Shown here one piece after another: positions 24,730-35,217 of a stretch of 39,045 nucleotides of DNA (the stretch's first letter is position 1; each line of letters begins with the position of its first letter). The notes under the pieces were generated by a model that had not been told where the DNA came from, ran no database searches, and saw nothing but the letters and a program-made list of their open reading frames with translations. The stretch is from NCBI RefSeq assembly GCF_000315625.1, contig NW_005434568.1, forward strand, positions 218,360-257,404. The letters run 5' to 3'. The position numbers and the translations under genes were made by a program. This DNA comes from Guillardia theta CCMP2712. Taxonomy: Eukaryota; Protista; Cryptophyta.

Positions 24730-26210
24730 CTACCCTAAGCTATCTGCGATGCATGACAGGGAAACTGAGTTGGAGTAGATGGATGGAGATTACACACAAG
24801 ACGACAGGGAATCATCATCCGACGGTGACTGGATTGTTCAAAAGCCGTACAGTCACCAGTGAGCTCAAGAACACATGTCTTCACGATGATGGCTGATAGG
24901 CTCGCAAGAAATACAGTGCATTTTAGCAGTGAGCTGCTCGATTGCTTGAAACCACGATGATCCACAGCACTATCGAATGATAACAAGCAAGTCCAGTGGT
25001 TCGTGAAGGATTCTTCATCCGTTCTTCAAGGCGGATGTGTTGGAACGATGAAACATGTTGCAAATCACCAAGGTCTATGCCATTTCATCACATGATGCAT
25101 CATCTAAATATTACTGGTGTGAACTTGCATCAGATCGTGTGTTTGTCAATGAGCGCTGCCAAGCAGATGATACGTTCACAGCAAACACGAGCACTTTGAA
25201 GATGCTGATATTCCAGGCCGTACAGCATTTATGATGTGGCAACATGTCACATGCTTCTTGGTTAACACAGAAATAACTTCGTCAGGCAAAAGATGGAACG
25301 TCGTCAGGATTACAAGGAGGTCGGTTGTGCTTTTACCCAGATTGAAACGCTTGTAATAAAGATATGATCACCTGAATGTGGAATTCTGTTTATTGATTCA
25401 CAGTGTTTGCGGTTCGTTTACAATCATCGAGTGCTTGCTCTGTTGAACAAGGCACCCCTCTGTAGAGCCAAATGCGACAACAACTCTACTGTTGCATGGT
25501 AGCATTGCGAACTGTCCAAACAAGGCAGGATTGATTCGAAGAACATCTCATTTATTGATATCAGATTCATCTGCACATTGTTTCATTTCTAACTAGGTTT
25601 CTGCAGCGTTATGGAAATGTCATGACAGAGGAAGAAGTTGCAGTGCAGAAACATCATCCAACGTCATGAAACATGGAAATGCGATTGTCAATGCACTTGA
25701 TCATGGATATAGTGATTCATAATCAACAACGATTATTTAAAGTCATCTATCCTGGCAGGTAAAGAAATCCTTTGTGCAAACGTCTCTTCATGCATCATTG
25801 AACGGTTGAGCATGTAAAGCTTTCTCAATAGAAAAGTGAGGTGCATGAATCCTGACCGTAAGACTAGAAGAATTCAAAGTGAGTGATGACATGAGAAAAC
25901 ATATCTAGACAGCAAAGTCGCTTAAGGTACAAATTTTGATACAAATTTCTCACAAATCATGCATTTGAGCTCAACGTGCAACCTACGGCAATTTGAAAGA
26001 AGGGTCAATCAGAGTTGATTCTGTTCAATGGTGAATCTATCATTAGTTGCTTAGCTGTTCATAACGATTTCATCTTGTCTTCGAAGAATATTTGCAAGCA
26101 CACTCGCGGTTTGTTTGAACCTAGGGTGCATATTCCAGTACACGATGGATGATTAAAACCTTGGCCCAACCTGCAGAGTTGAGTAAGAAGCTCGATCATC
26201 TCTTACAGGT
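24730..26210 (+). pseudogene. Heavily decayed coding relic, possibly a PIF1/Helitron-type helicase
   Basis: Protein-like fragments interrupted by stops and frameshifts (RILHPFFKADVLER; GRTAFMMWQHVTCF..LTQK*LRQAKD, resembling the PIF1 W..F...L..N.RQ..D motif). Weak support. Confidence 0.25.
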
Positions 26211-27987
26211 ATGATATGAGATCTCCATCTCATTCCTATCTCAGTTGGGTTGGATTCGAAGTCTCTCAATATCAAGGTTCATCCTCGCGAGTCAGGAAGG
26301 CACCATTTCATCGCCTCTTGCTCGTCCAGGGAGAGGGGGCTTGGGGAATGAGAAAAGGGGGCTACCCCCCACCCCCTATCCCAGAGTTTCAATCTGGTTC
26401 AAAGGTGGGTAGTTGAGGGTGCTCCATACCCACCCCACCCCCCAACGAAAGTCAAACGGAGGGGTTCTCGGAAGTCGAAGTTCCGACCAGTTTGGCCCTC
26501 GTTTTGTACCATATAAACGCTGCAATATTAAGTTGGTACCACAGATACTTCTAAAATATTGGAATCAATTAGAGACTCCTAGCTAGAGTCTGTGCACAGA
26601 TAAATGACTAGTAGAACAGCTCAACAGCCGCTGAGCTGACTGATAAGCCAAAGACCAAGACTCCTGACTCTGTGAGGCTCACAGATGATGTGCGCACGAA
26701 GACACCAATGACTTTCACAGCCAACCAAACACCTCAGATAACTCAAATCAACTTCCCAACAATCTCCAGCACTTTATTCCCAACACTCGTAGCAGCAAGA
26801 CCAACCAAACAGCTTCCTTTCACACACCACCGCCTTACTTCCACCACTGTACGAGTGCTGCCTCTTCGACAGCCGGCGCCTCTTGATTCCTCCGGCGCCG
26901 CCTCAGCTTCCCCAGGCTCCAACCAACCGGATTTTCTAAGTCACAGACTAAGCTCCAGCCCACTAGCTTGGACCTGCAGGCTTCACTTGGTTCACAACCT
27001 GATTAGACGCATCCCTTGAACTTATCGCGTCTGAAAGAACTTCTGAGAGGTTTGTCAGAACCTGAGTTCTTACACCCTCCCTTTGGGAACTTAGCAAGTC
27101 AGAAGTCTGCAACCTTCTCAGCTTGTCAAAATCATCTGCTTGACAGCTAAGCAGCTGTCCCCTGCGATGTCCTCCTTTCCAACGCTCGCTCAAGCTTTAC
27201 AAGCTGACTTCCATGCTGCTCTCCTCCCCAAGGTCTTCTTGCTGCTACCACTCCACCAACCGTTCTGCACAGGCTCATCCCCCATCTTGCATGCCTCCTG
27301 CGCTGTCCGCATGCGGAGGCTCCTGTGCTCCACCTCATCTTCCATCATAAACTCTTCCCAGCTGCCTGCAGTGTCAGCTCAAGACTAAGTCCTGAACACA
27401 TCTGCATCTTTCAAGTCAGACAGCTCCTCCTCAGGCTCCTCTTCAACCTGATCCTCATGATGGGATTGGTCATCATGTGACCTCTCTGAAGCTTGCACAT
27501 TGAGCAATTGAATGAAGACATCTCCACCCATTGATGCCAAGAATTTTGGATTCCAATCAAGCTCCAGAGATCAGGTTCAGAATTCTTGCAATGCATTGAT
27601 TGATCTCTGATTGTTTTGAACACAATTTTCTCGTTTCTAATCTAGGTGCCCTTTCTATCCTATCTACCCCGGGGATCATTGTTTTGCCAAGGCACGATCA
27701 TTTTGACGTCAGCGCTTTCATTTCAACCACATGACTTATCGATCTCGACTCATCCGTCATTTCTTTCTCAATTTTCATTTTGGCCATTCAATTTCATCGT
27801 TCACTACCGTCATGGGTTCCGATAGATCAGGATGAGCGAGTTTCTAAGATACTAACCCAAAACAGATGTCTTGGTTGCAGCTAGCCACAGGCTTGAGAAA
27901 GACGTGTCTGTCTTTATCCTCCTTCCAATTCATCCGATTCCTTCACGTTCTCCATGAGAGTCTCCTCTGTGCCATCATCCGAGACAC

Positions 27988-28013
27988 TTAGGGTTTAGGG
28001 TTTAAGGTTTAGG
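27988..28013 (+). repeat. Interstitial telomeric repeat (TTTAGGG)n, tract 1
   Basis: ttagggtttagggtttaaggtttagg. Confidence 0.9.
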
Positions 28014-28043
28014 AGGCGCCGTTATTTTCGGCAGCATGGCTCC

Positions 28044-30146
28044 TTGCCAGGTGTAGGGGAAGCCGCCAGGGCGCCAAGGAAGCTGCAAGCGAGAGGTTTG
28101 TATACTTCAAATAGCTTTCTAAGTATGGTTCTTCAGTATGATGAAAATGTTCGCAACCTGCTGTATCGGAGATCATGCCAATACACGCAGAGCGGACTTG
28201 TGGATGCCTCTGTCCTCGAAGCTGATCTCGTCGAGAGGGTGAAGAGCTTCGCGAAGCGTTATCCGAACAGCAGGACAGCCCAGGCTTGCAAGGCTGTGGA
28301 GGGATGCACCCCCGACGCTATCGCAGAAGCCATCCGCTCGACATGTCAGCAGGCACGACGTGAGCTTCTACAAGAAGCAATGACTGGATGGAGTGACGCA
28401 TCCAGAGAATGGTTTATGCAGCAGATTGAAGAAGCCAAGAAGGAGAAGGTCGAGACATACACCGCCTCAGCAGGCAACGAGGTGACTTCCTTCATCTCCA
28501 TGACTCTCCTGGGCATCTCCTCGGTGTATGTCAACCATGAAGAGAAGTTGAAGAAGAAATTCGAAGAGATCGGACTGATCGTAGACTCAGTGCAAGAGAG
28601 TAAAGCAATCATGTGGAAGGCTCCGTATAGACCCGAGATACTGAGTGCTGAGGAGATCCCGGTGACTGTTTCCTTCCTCCGCAATGCACAAGCGGAGAAG
28701 CTCTGGCAGGGAAGAGAGGACTTCGCGATCGATGGTCGCAAGTTCACAGCTGTACATGTGAGCATCGTGCACGATCGATCTTTCAAGATTCGAGCCAAGA
28801 GAGGACCCTGGGGCAAAGGGGGCAGCTTGGCAGAGCTGACCCACCTGTTAACCTTGGGCGGCATGACAACGGCTGAGATAGCTGCCGTCTATCGCTATCA
28901 GCTGCTGCGCCAGTCCCTTGCAGCGGTCCAACTCCAGCCGCTGGCAGGCATGCTGGTCGCTGGGGCGCCAGGACAGCAAGTCCACAAAGGCTTAGGTCAG
29001 AAAGGCTTCGTCGCTGTAGGGGCCAACGTCATCTGGAGACAGAGGGAGGTGGAGTGGATCGTCTCCTCGAGCTGCCCAGAGGCGAATGATACAGCATTTC
29101 GAGCTTTCCGAGAGAGCGAAGCGATGGAGGGAGTACACCTGACTCTGTTCAGCGAGGACCCGAAGATCAGAGAGGCGCTCGCAGTCGAGTTGACAGCTGA
29201 TCGCTTTGTGTCCAGAAATAAGTTGAAGAAGGCATCAAGGATGCAGAAGAAGGCAGGCGGCAAGGACGGCAAGGAGATCAAGATCATCATCAAGTCGACG
29301 GCGGCATCTGGTCGCTTCACGAGGAAGGAGATGGAGGGGCTGTGCAACGGCGGCAACACGTCCATCGCAAGAGTCAAGAGAGTGCTGTTGGAGATCGCTA
29401 ACAGGCTCGAGATCAAAGTTGAAGGCATCGACATGGAGGAGGATTTGAACACCAAGTCCTGGAACGGGTCCAAGCTATGCATCCTCCTCGGCTCCACGGA
29501 GGATGCTCGATGCATGATGAAGGAGCTGCCCTTCTATCTCGAAGGCGCAGCCACCAAGCTCGAAGCAGTCGGCTTCGACAAGGAGCCTGAGGCGGCTGAT
29601 CAGCGGGGCACCAGCGACGCAGCGCAGCGACAGGAGGAAAGCGAGGGAGAGTGGCTGGAGTTTACAGACCTGGAGAGGATCACAATGGAGGCAGCATCTC
29701 CGTCAAGCCAAGAGGACATGCAGCTCGTCAGCGAGCTGTCAGCAGTCATCGAAGATGCAGCTTCTTTGAACGAGGCGGGGACGAGCGAGCCGATCAAGCT
29801 GGTCCTGGACAAGGCCGTTGGCAACCTCCACGACACGTTCTACTCTCCGGGGAGCCTGGAGTTCATGTCGCTGGGAGAGTGGGCGAAGACGCCAGAGGAG
29901 CAGGGAGTGGGACGCAACGCGCTCAAGGAGAAGCTGGGGAAGTGGCTGCAGAGCAAGCGCTGGACTCGCGTGCAAGGAGAGAGCAAGAAGGCAAGGAGGG
30001 GCAGCGCGTTCTCGCCACGGGCAACGGCAGCTGCTGAGCTTGAGCAGGAGGCGGAGAGCGACGACATAGAGCGTCGATCTCTTAGCTTCCTGTTCATAGC
30101 ACTGAGTAAATTCGCACTGAGATGCATGTGCTGGCCTGCTCGCTGA
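28044..30146 (+). CDS. ~700-aa ORF of unknown function (putative ORF1/Gag-like protein of the telomeric element)
   Basis: Long open frame. First in-frame ATG at 28125. No RT (YxDD), APE or CCHC motif recognised. A 2-nt indel relative to copy 2 changes the C-terminus. Confidence 0.7.
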   Translation: MPGVGEAARAPRKLQARGLYTSNSFLSMVLQYDENVRNLLYRRSCQYTQSGLVDASVLEADLVERVKSFAKRYPNSRTAQACKAVEGCTPDAIAEAIRSTCQQARRELLQEAMTGWSDASREWFMQQIEEAKKEKVETYTASAGNEVTSFISMTLLGISSVYVNHEEKLKKKFEEIGLIVDSVQESKAIMWKAPYRPEILSAEEIPVTVSFLRNAQAEKLWQGREDFAIDGRKFTAVHVSIVHDRSFKIRAKRGPWGKGGSLAELTHLLTLGGMTTAEIAAVYRYQLLRQSLAAVQLQPLAGMLVAGAPGQQVHKGLGQKGFVAVGANVIWRQREVEWIVSSSCPEANDTAFRAFRESEAMEGVHLTLFSEDPKIREALAVELTADRFVSRNKLKKASRMQKKAGGKDGKEIKIIIKSTAASGRFTRKEMEGLCNGGNTSIARVKRVLLEIANRLEIKVEGIDMEEDLNTKSWNGSKLCILLGSTEDARCMMKELPFYLEGAATKLEAVGFDKEPEAADQRGTSDAAQRQEESEGEWLEFTDLERITMEAASPSSQEDMQLVSELSAVIEDAASLNEAGTSEPIKLVLDKAVGNLHDTFYSPGSLEFMSLGEWAKTPEEQGVGRNALKEKLGKWLQSKRWTRVQGESKKARRGSAFSPRATAAAELEQEAESDDIERRSLSFLFIALSKFALRCMCWPAR

Positions 30147-30300
30147 AGGTGGACACGAAGGACCGACTGCGGGTGGAGATGAGGGAAGATGGCGAAGAAG
30201 AGGAAGACATGGAGGAAGAGCAAGGCGAGGGCGAGGAAGAAGACGGGGCGAGCCCGTACCGAGCTTGAGCTGAGCTCAAGGTAAGGAGCAAAGGTAGGAG

Positions 30301-30452
30301 GCGACCGAAGGCCAAGGTGAGGAGAGGCAACTCTCCTGACTGAGGCTGAGGAAGCTGAATGGAGGAGGAGTAGGTGGCGACCGAAGGCCAAGGTGAGGAG
30401 AGGCAACTCTCCTGACTGAGGCTGAGGAAGCTGAATGGAGGTAGAGTAGGTG
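30301..30452 (+). repeat. 76-bp tandem repeat x2 (element 3' region)
   Basis: gcgaccgaaggccaaggtg starts at 30301 and 30377. Confidence 0.9.
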
Positions 30453-31438
30453 CCTTGAAGCTGTATGGTCTTGCTCATCAGACTTGATATTCCTCTTTCC
30501 ATAAGCGATCAGCCTCTTGACTTGACTTTCGCAGTAGGGCTGTGCATGGTACTGAAAGGTTCTCCTCAGCGCCCATCAGCACTGATGTGCCTGGCGACTT
30601 GGGACCTCCTTCATTTCTGCAGCATCATTTCATAACTTCGATCGAAGGTATGTCTTCATCGTCTGCTTCTTCGTCTCGCGAAGGCTTGACGCTCTAAGCT
30701 GCCTTTCATTTCTTCAACTCTGCTGTAGAGTTGCTTCGTGTCATCATATCGCCATCGTGAGATCGTGGCATGCAATGAGGCTTCAATGGGACGTCTCCCT
30801 TCCTCGGTCTTCACAACCTTCAAGCTTTCATCTGCCGTGCTCTAGGCTTGCCGCTTCAATCATCGCGGTGCTTGACCAGTGGAATCATGAGGTAATTCCT
30901 CTCCTCACTGTTGGCCACGTACAGGCTTTGAGGTTGGATTGAAAACAGCTCTTGTCACTTATGACATTCAGAGCGACTTTGATCAGGACTGATCCCTCCA
31001 TCATCGAGATTTTCTCGCTGTCATGTCACCCCTCAGCTTCTTTGCCACACTCATCATCATGGTGGGAGAGCTATCTGGTGGCCTCGTCGTCATCTTGTGC
31101 GACTCCTGGCTCTGCTCGGGGGATCCCTGTGACTCGTCCATGTCACATGACATAGGGATGATGCGAGGCTCGATGCTGATGTCATCATCAGATGTTCTCA
31201 GAGGTTCAGCCTGTCATGAAGTTCAGTATTCAGGTAGATATGATATTCCCTGATTTTGATTGTTCATTTAGTGAACCCTCCCTGACTGTCTCTGGTGTCG
31301 AACAGATGACCTCAGGCTGAAGTGGGTCCCCTGTGACTTCGCATCATCCATCTCCCTCCCTGACGAGGTACAGGGAGCTTGGCTAGCTTGACAAGGTCTT
31401 GCATGAAGCAGCGGCGGCGTAATGATGGCCAAACACTG

Positions 31439-31535
31439 TGACTCACCTGCTAACCTTGGGCGGCATGACAACGGCTGAGATAGCTGCCGTCTATCGCTAT
31501 CAGCTGCTGCGCCAGTCCCTTGCAGCGGTCCAACT
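31439..31535 (+). mobile_element. 97-bp internal fragment of the telomeric-element ORF
   Basis: Matches about 35957-36053 (copy-2 variant tcacctgcta). Abuts the Gypsy LTR. Confidence 0.85.
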
Positions 31536-31763
31536 TGATAGGATATGTTTACTGACTTCCTGTCTTTCTTAAGTAGGTGTCCTAGGCAGTCTCGTTTCTT
31601 AGGAAATTAGATTACTTACTTTTCTTTATCTCTAACGTTGATTTGGAGTAAATTGCCGTTGAATTGTGCATTACTGTCGCGCGCTTGTTCTTTGGTTTCT
31701 TGACGGGATCACTTCGTGTGTCAACGCTGGATCGAGAGATACTTGTAGGAAGTTTTCCTAACA
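31536..31763 (+). repeat. 5' LTR (228 bp)
   Basis: TG...CA ends with an imperfect terminal inverted repeat TGATAGGA/TCCTAACA, followed after 3 nt by TGG. Confidence 0.75.
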
Positions 31764-31766
31764 TTT

Positions 31767-31788
31767 TGGTACGCGAAGGCCTGGTTTT
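31767..31788 (+). promoter_or_regulatory. Candidate primer-binding site (resembles the complement of an initiator tRNA-Met 3' end)
   Basis: TGGTACGCGAAGGCCTGGTTTT lies immediately after the LTR. TGGTA...TGGTTT resembles an iMet PBS, but imperfectly. Confidence 0.5.
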
Positions 31789-31830
31789 CCTCTCGGAGTT
31801 GTTGTGTTGAAAGAAGTTGTTCAAGAAAAC

Positions 31831-33249
31831 ATGGATAGGACGAGCATTCAGTCAGGTAGCGTTGTCTCGGACTTCATGAGTCGAAGCATGTCGCGGTTGG
31901 GCAGCTTTGTGAAGGAGACATTGAATGGGTCAGCAGAGCCGCGCTTTCCTACGGTGACAGGCATGTCGCCGCAGTCACATGCGTACGATCCGTCGGAAAC
32001 TGTCATCCAGCAGGAGGCTGTCGTACGTGACGATAGTGTTGACAGTGGTCGTACAGTGCCTTCATGGTTGGAGAGTAGGGATGAAAACGAAAGAGATGGT
32101 CCCGCCCTTCCCTTGAAAGCCAGTTTTCGTGACATCGTGGAGGAAAACGAGCACCTACGCCGGACATGTAGAGAGCTCAGGTCTGTGGAACAGAGCAACA
32201 TGGATAAGATGCACAATCTCGTAAATGCACTCGCAGAATCCCAGAGAGAAGCTGATCGCAAACTCCAGGATCTTGTGAGGGCACTTGAGGAATCCCAGCG
32301 AGAGAACCGTAGGCTTGCCAAGGAGGCAGCGGAGATGCGTGTACTGCTTTGTGAGCGGGTTCGGGAACCCGAGGACAAGCCTTCCAAGCTTAAGCATGCG
32401 GAGAATGACGGTGGTCAGATTTGCAAGCTGGATCCGAAGTCATTGTTGCAGTACAATGGTGAGCAGACCATGGAGAGGTCGGTGGTCTCATGGCTCGGAT
32501 ATATCGAAGGCAGGTGTAAATTTCACCGTATAGCACGCCATCGATGGGTAGGAGCGGCCATCTCGGCGTTCGGGCCGGAGGTGCAGCTATGGTGGGCTAC
32601 ACTCCCGATGGCCGAGCAAGATCAGTTCTCAGCTGAGCATGGTGATTGGGAACAGTTTGTGGAGAAACTGTTGTTGAAATGGTTACCGTTCGAGTTTATT
32701 GAGAAACTTGAGCGTCATGTGCAGAAGCAGGCTAGGCAAGGGCCCAAGGAGTCCGTCGAGGCGTACACCGCAAGATTCCAGGCGATGGTTACACACCTGC
32801 AGGCGTGCTACCTTGTGTCCAAGAGACCTAGTGTTGCGCTAGGTAGCTGGGAACGCGTCTTTGTCGATGGGATTCAAATGGACTATGCGCGTGCCATGCT
32901 ACGGAAGGAATTGAGCATGCTGATGGAACGCGATGGTAAGACGTTTGGGATTACTTATCATGCGGAGCCGTCGGAGATGGGCAAGTATTTGCCGCAGTTG
33001 TATCGCGAAGCTCTTAATCTGCGTCAGAGACACCCACAAGACGGTCAGACGAGTCTTCATTTCACCCAAGCACAACCTCGTCATGAGGGCAAGCGGTCGG
33101 CTCCTACTCAGAGCGAGGACATGCAGGGCAAGGAGAAGAAGTTCGACAAGAAGAAGGTGAAGTGCTACAACTGTCAGAAGTTCGGTCACTTCAGAGACAA
33201 GTGCCCTCTCTTGTCGAGGTCTGAACAACCGTCAGCTTTAAACCAGTGA
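31831..33249 (+). CDS. gag: Retrotransposon Gag
   Basis: Capsid-like AISAFGPEVQLWW..WEQFVEKLLLKW and RQGPKESVEAYTARF. Zinc knuckle CYNCQKFGHFRDKC. Confidence 0.9.
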   Translation: MDRTSIQSGSVVSDFMSRSMSRLGSFVKETLNGSAEPRFPTVTGMSPQSHAYDPSETVIQQEAVVRDDSVDSGRTVPSWLESRDENERDGPALPLKASFRDIVEENEHLRRTCRELRSVEQSNMDKMHNLVNALAESQREADRKLQDLVRALEESQRENRRLAKEAAEMRVLLCERVREPEDKPSKLKHAENDGGQICKLDPKSLLQYNGEQTMERSVVSWLGYIEGRCKFHRIARHRWVGAAISAFGPEVQLWWATLPMAEQDQFSAEHGDWEQFVEKLLLKWLPFEFIEKLERHVQKQARQGPKESVEAYTARFQAMVTHLQACYLVSKRPSVALGSWERVFVDGIQMDYARAMLRKELSMLMERDGKTFGITYHAEPSEMGKYLPQLYREALNLRQRHPQDGQTSLHFTQAQPRHEGKRSAPTQSEDMQGKEKKFDKKKVKCYNCQKFGHFRDKCPLLSRSEQPSALNQ

Positions 33250-33333
33250 CGTCGGTTGCCGCGGAGGGCGCAATCGACGGGGGCACGGGTTTGCAGACTT
33301 CGAATGTTGTCTTCGACCCGGGCACACCTCCGC
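33237..33333 (+). promoter_or_regulatory. -1 programmed ribosomal frameshift signal (T TTA AAC + stem-loop/pseudoknot)
   Basis: Slippery heptamer at 33237-33243 in the gag frame, 6-nt spacer, and a 10-bp stem 33250-33259/33270-33279. Pol is in the -1 frame. Confidence 0.8.
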
Positions 33334-35111
33334 CAGAAGATCCTAGGGATGTTCGTCAATGTCGTATCACCGTTGACTCTCACAGGATCAAAGCTCTACC
33401 TATGGTACCTGTGACCTTTCGGTTCGGGGATCAATCCATAGTTCTTAATGCATTGCTCGATACAGCTGCTGAAGAGTCGTTTATCAGCACGAAGGCAGTG
33501 CGCAAATTTGGTCTGTTGGTCACGGATGCAGAAGTTCGCAAACGAGTTATCATGGCCGACGGGACGTGTAGGTTGTCTGATATGGTTTTCCAGACAAAAT
33601 TGGGCGTAGGCTCCAGTTTCAAGAGTAGTGGGTCGTTCTACATGCTTGACTTGCCGCATGCGGACATGATCCTCTCATGGGAATGGATGCGTGCGAACAA
33701 GATCGTGATTGATGCGGGTCACCCCAGAGTCTTTGCCAAGTGGCGCAAGAAGATGGTCGAGCTTCCGTTACTTGTTTGCCCGACAAACAAGCAATTCGGG
33801 GCTGCGGACGCCTCGCTGTGTCAGGTACTTTCTTACACTGAGGCAGTGAGAGACCTCAAGCAGAACGATTCGGAATGGTACGTGGTACATTTGTGCAACC
33901 TGTTGGAGATGGCTCAGCCGACAGATGGTGCCACGAGTCTCGAGCAGAAGGCTGCCGAGACGATCATGGAAGATTATTCGGATGTCATTCGTGACGACAT
34001 TCCCAGTGACGTTGTTCTTGACCGGTCCTTCAAGGCGACGATTCGACTCAAGGATAACGTTGAGGCGGTGCAAAAGAAACCTTACCCTGTGCCACTCGCG
34101 TTGGAGGAGGAGTTGAAAGCGAATCTTGCCTTCTTGTTGGAGCGTGGGATCATTGAACCTTCGACGTCTGAGTTTACGTCTCCCGTAATCTTCACAAAAA
34201 AGTCTGATGGTACATTGCGTTTTTGCACTGATATGAGGTTCGTTAACAGCTTGATCCGGAATGATAACTTTCCATTGCCGTTGGTGATGGAGCTGATAGA
34301 ACGAGTGGGTCGAAAGATCATGGAAGAGAGGGCGCGTTATGCTTCAGAACCTGGGGCACGGTTGTGGATCAGCTCACTCGACCTGGCGAAAAGTTTTTGG
34401 CAACTTGAGTTGGACGCCGCGTCGAGGAAGTACACCTGTTTCATCACGAAGTTTGGGAAATATCAGTATCGGAGGATTCCTTTCGGCTTGGTAGATTCGG
34501 CAAATCAATTTCAGAAATTTCTCGAGAGTGTTCTTCAAGGTCTCGAGAATTGCCTGAGCTATATCGACGATGTTTGCTTGATCAGTTATGGGAGCTTGGA
34601 GAGACATGAGCGTTTGCTTCGACAGGCTCTGGATCGCTTTCGTAAAGAGCAGTTGTTTGTCAAGAAGTCGAAATGTAAGCTGTTTCACTCTGAAATTGAT
34701 TTCCTCGGTTTCCACATCAGCGAGGCAGGCGTCTCGACACAAGAGAAAAAGGTACAAGCGATTGTGGATCGTACGGCACCTCAGACAGTGAAGGAACTCA
34801 AGTCGTTTTTGGGAGTGTTGAACTTTTACAGGAAGTATGTGCCGGATTACGCAGCGTTAGCACTTCCGCTAACGAATCTCCTACGCAAGAATGTGAAGTT
34901 TTGTTGGGATGACGCGCAAGAAGCGGCCTTTCAGGAGCTGAAGAAGCGTTTGATATCAGCCCCTGTTTTAAGGTACTTCAACCCAGCGTTAGCTACTTGC
35001 GTGTTGGTCGATGCGAGCGACTACGCCATCGGTGCTGTCTTAACACAACAGCATGGCGAAGATCTGTTGCCTGTCGCCTTCTTTAGCAAGCGTCTCAACA
35101 GTGTAGGGTAG
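33246..35111 (+). CDS. pol: Pol polyprotein (aspartic protease, reverse transcriptase, partial RNase H), truncated
   Basis: ALLDTAAEESFI (PR). LRFCTDMR, LDLAKSFWQ, IPFGL and YIDD (RT). VDASDYAIGAVL (RH). The stop codon comes from the telomere tract. Confidence 0.92.
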   Translation: MTSVAAEGAIDGGTGLQTSNVVFDPGTPPPEDPRDVRQCRITVDSHRIKALPMVPVTFRFGDQSIVLNALLDTAAEESFISTKAVRKFGLLVTDAEVRKRVIMADGTCRLSDMVFQTKLGVGSSFKSSGSFYMLDLPHADMILSWEWMRANKIVIDAGHPRVFAKWRKKMVELPLLVCPTNKQFGAADASLCQVLSYTEAVRDLKQNDSEWYVVHLCNLLEMAQPTDGATSLEQKAAETIMEDYSDVIRDDIPSDVVLDRSFKATIRLKDNVEAVQKKPYPVPLALEEELKANLAFLLERGIIEPSTSEFTSPVIFTKKSDGTLRFCTDMRFVNSLIRNDNFPLPLVMELIERVGRKIMEERARYASEPGARLWISSLDLAKSFWQLELDAASRKYTCFITKFGKYQYRRIPFGLVDSANQFQKFLESVLQGLENCLSYIDDVCLISYGSLERHERLLRQALDRFRKEQLFVKKSKCKLFHSEIDFLGFHISEAGVSTQEKKVQAIVDRTAPQTVKELKSFLGVLNFYRKYVPDYAALALPLTNLLRKNVKFCWDDAQEAAFQELKKRLISAPVLRYFNPALATCVLVDASDYAIGAVLTQQHGEDLLPVAFFSKRLNSVG

Positions 35112-35133
35112 GGTTTAGGGTTTAGGGTTTAGG
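35104..35133 (+). repeat. Interstitial telomeric repeat tract 2
   Basis: tagggtagggtttagggtttagggtttagg. Confidence 0.92.
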
Positions 35134-35217
35134 AGCGCCGGTTATTTCAGGCACCATGGCTGCACGCGTGGTGTAGGGGAAGCCGCCAGGGCGCCAAGGA
35201 AGCTGCAAGCGAGAGGT

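Larger units (their letters stand above)
28014..30452 (+). mobile_element. Telomere-repeat-associated element, copy 1 (3'-truncated)
   Basis: Starts directly after TTTAGG. Nearly identical to 35134-37576 apart from the first ~35 nt. Ends within the 76-bp repeats and lacks the (TAA)n tail. Confidence 0.75.
31536..35103 (+). mobile_element. Ty3/Gypsy LTR retrotransposon, 3'-truncated in RNase H (no integrase, no 3' LTR)
   Basis: 5' LTR, PBS, gag with CCHC, and pol in PR-RT-RH order. Ends at telomeric repeats. Confidence 0.92.

Noticed and set aside
28346-30502. Long minus-strand ORFs overlapping the element ORF (also 35466-37745)
   Set aside because: These are antisense shadows of a GC3-rich coding frame and of the 76-bp repeats.
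30453-31438. Possible decayed minus-strand gene or missing RT of the telomeric element
   Set aside because: Many stops in all frames and no RT or endonuclease motif recognised; left unassigned.
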